From assembly GCF_037042905.1 (NCBI RefSeq), contig NC_087251.1, positions 7,380,001-7,444,000 on the forward strand: 64,000 nucleotides of DNA, read 5' to 3'. Origin of the DNA: Lytechinus pictus (Eukaryota). This document shows positions 62,911 through 64,000 of the stretch, piece after piece; the first letter of the stretch is position 1, and every line of letters begins with the position of its first letter. A model generated the notes under the pieces. That model was not told the origin of the DNA. It did not search any database and saw only the letters and a list, made by a program, of their open reading frames with translations. Both the position numbers and the translations under genes were made by a program.

Positions 62911-64000
62911 ATGTATACAAAAAAATAGAATAGCTGTCCCTGGATATCAAATCCTTTTCACATGTTAAATGCTACTGTGTTTCCTCTAAAATGTCCCTGG
63001 ATATCAAATCCCTTTCATGTGTTAAATGCTACTGTGTTTACTCTAAAATGTTGAGAACGTGCAAACACCTTTTGTGCTAATGGAAATGTACACCTGAATA
63101 TTCCAAAACTATCCATTCGTAATTAGCTATTCCCGGGTGCTTCCAACATTCTTTCTTTTTGCTTTATACAATAGGAGCTCTGATTGGACGCACTCTAGAA
63201 GAGTTGTTTTCTGATTGGTTATGAGATTGGTAATTTTAGGTTATGGTTATGGCTGAAATGGCCTTTGTGATCGGATAGTATTTTAGGTACTTGCATGACG
63301 CTGTATGAGAATGGGCTAGCATCTCGAAGGCCAGTGAGCGCTGAGTCTCACAGAGCCTGGTCAGTTTGATTTTCGTTCTTCGTTAAGGATGTGCACCTTC
63401 CAGTTGGTGTCCATATTTGTGGCTCGCCCTGACATTTCTTATATTTATAAAGATTTATCTTTTGACATTCGAGGGAACGCTGATATATCAATCTTTTTTA
63501 AGAGATCTGATAAATAAAATAAACTTCAACTGGAATGAACTTGTTCTTCTCTTTGTTTTTGTTGTCATCGTACGGTACCCCTACACTTTAACAGATCTCT
63601 ACAATAAAGAGTTTTCCACGGAGCTGTGATATCATATTAAAATGTAACAAACTAACATTAATGTTATCTCCACTTTCACCATTATTAACACACATTTATT
63701 TATTTTCAATTGAGGTATTTTAAGAGGTGATGCCATGACCTGTCATGACCTTTCATGGCATTAGAGTCCATTATCCTTTAACATATTTCTCTATCTTCAA
63801 AATAAAGTGTTTCTAATGGAGCTTCCATATTTTGTTAAAACATCATATCTCCAAGTCCAGTCTCTAAAGCCATCTTCTAAATACCATACAAAGCTGGAAT
63901 GTAGAGGATACGGGGCACAAATTGTAATCTTTCATGACATCATATTATATTCCATATTTCCAAGGCTGTGTATTTAAGGATTCAAGATCTCTAGAAGAGT

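Overview
Eukaryotic (animal) genomic DNA: AT-rich, with GT-AG spliceosomal introns and very dense repeats. Protein similarity and repeat style suggest an invertebrate deuterostome, probably a sea urchin (inference, not verified). I reconstructed three protein-coding genes by hand, checking exon phases. (1) An organic solute transporter alpha-like (OSTalpha/SLC51A-like) gene on the minus strand: 5 coding exons, 14153->663, running off the left edge. Its exon 4 lacks the family's poly-cysteine motif. (2) A SMIM26-like microprotein gene on the plus strand (24032-24263 + 24761-24825, 98 aa if spliced). (3) A complete TTC8/BBS8 (BBSome TPR subunit) gene on the minus strand: 11 coding exons, 46726->34592, 500 aa. 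Most of the rest is non-autonomous DNA transposons, many with readable target-site duplications (TSDs) and nested up to three deep. There is also a decayed Tc1/mariner transposase, a BED-finger hAT remnant, Helentron/HINE-like tandem-repeat elements and two tRNA-derived SINEs. The most unusual signals are: a 9-bp-TSD family with TAGAC...GTCTA ends whose internal sequence looks like a bidirectional promoter with outward splice donors, upstream of TTC8; a 65-bp-arm perfect palindrome with a hammerhead-like core (Penelope-like footprint); and a 5.1-kb asymmetric foldback element. Nearly all ORFs in the supplied track are artefacts of repeats or low-complexity DNA. No database searches were possible, so homology calls come from recalled family motifs.
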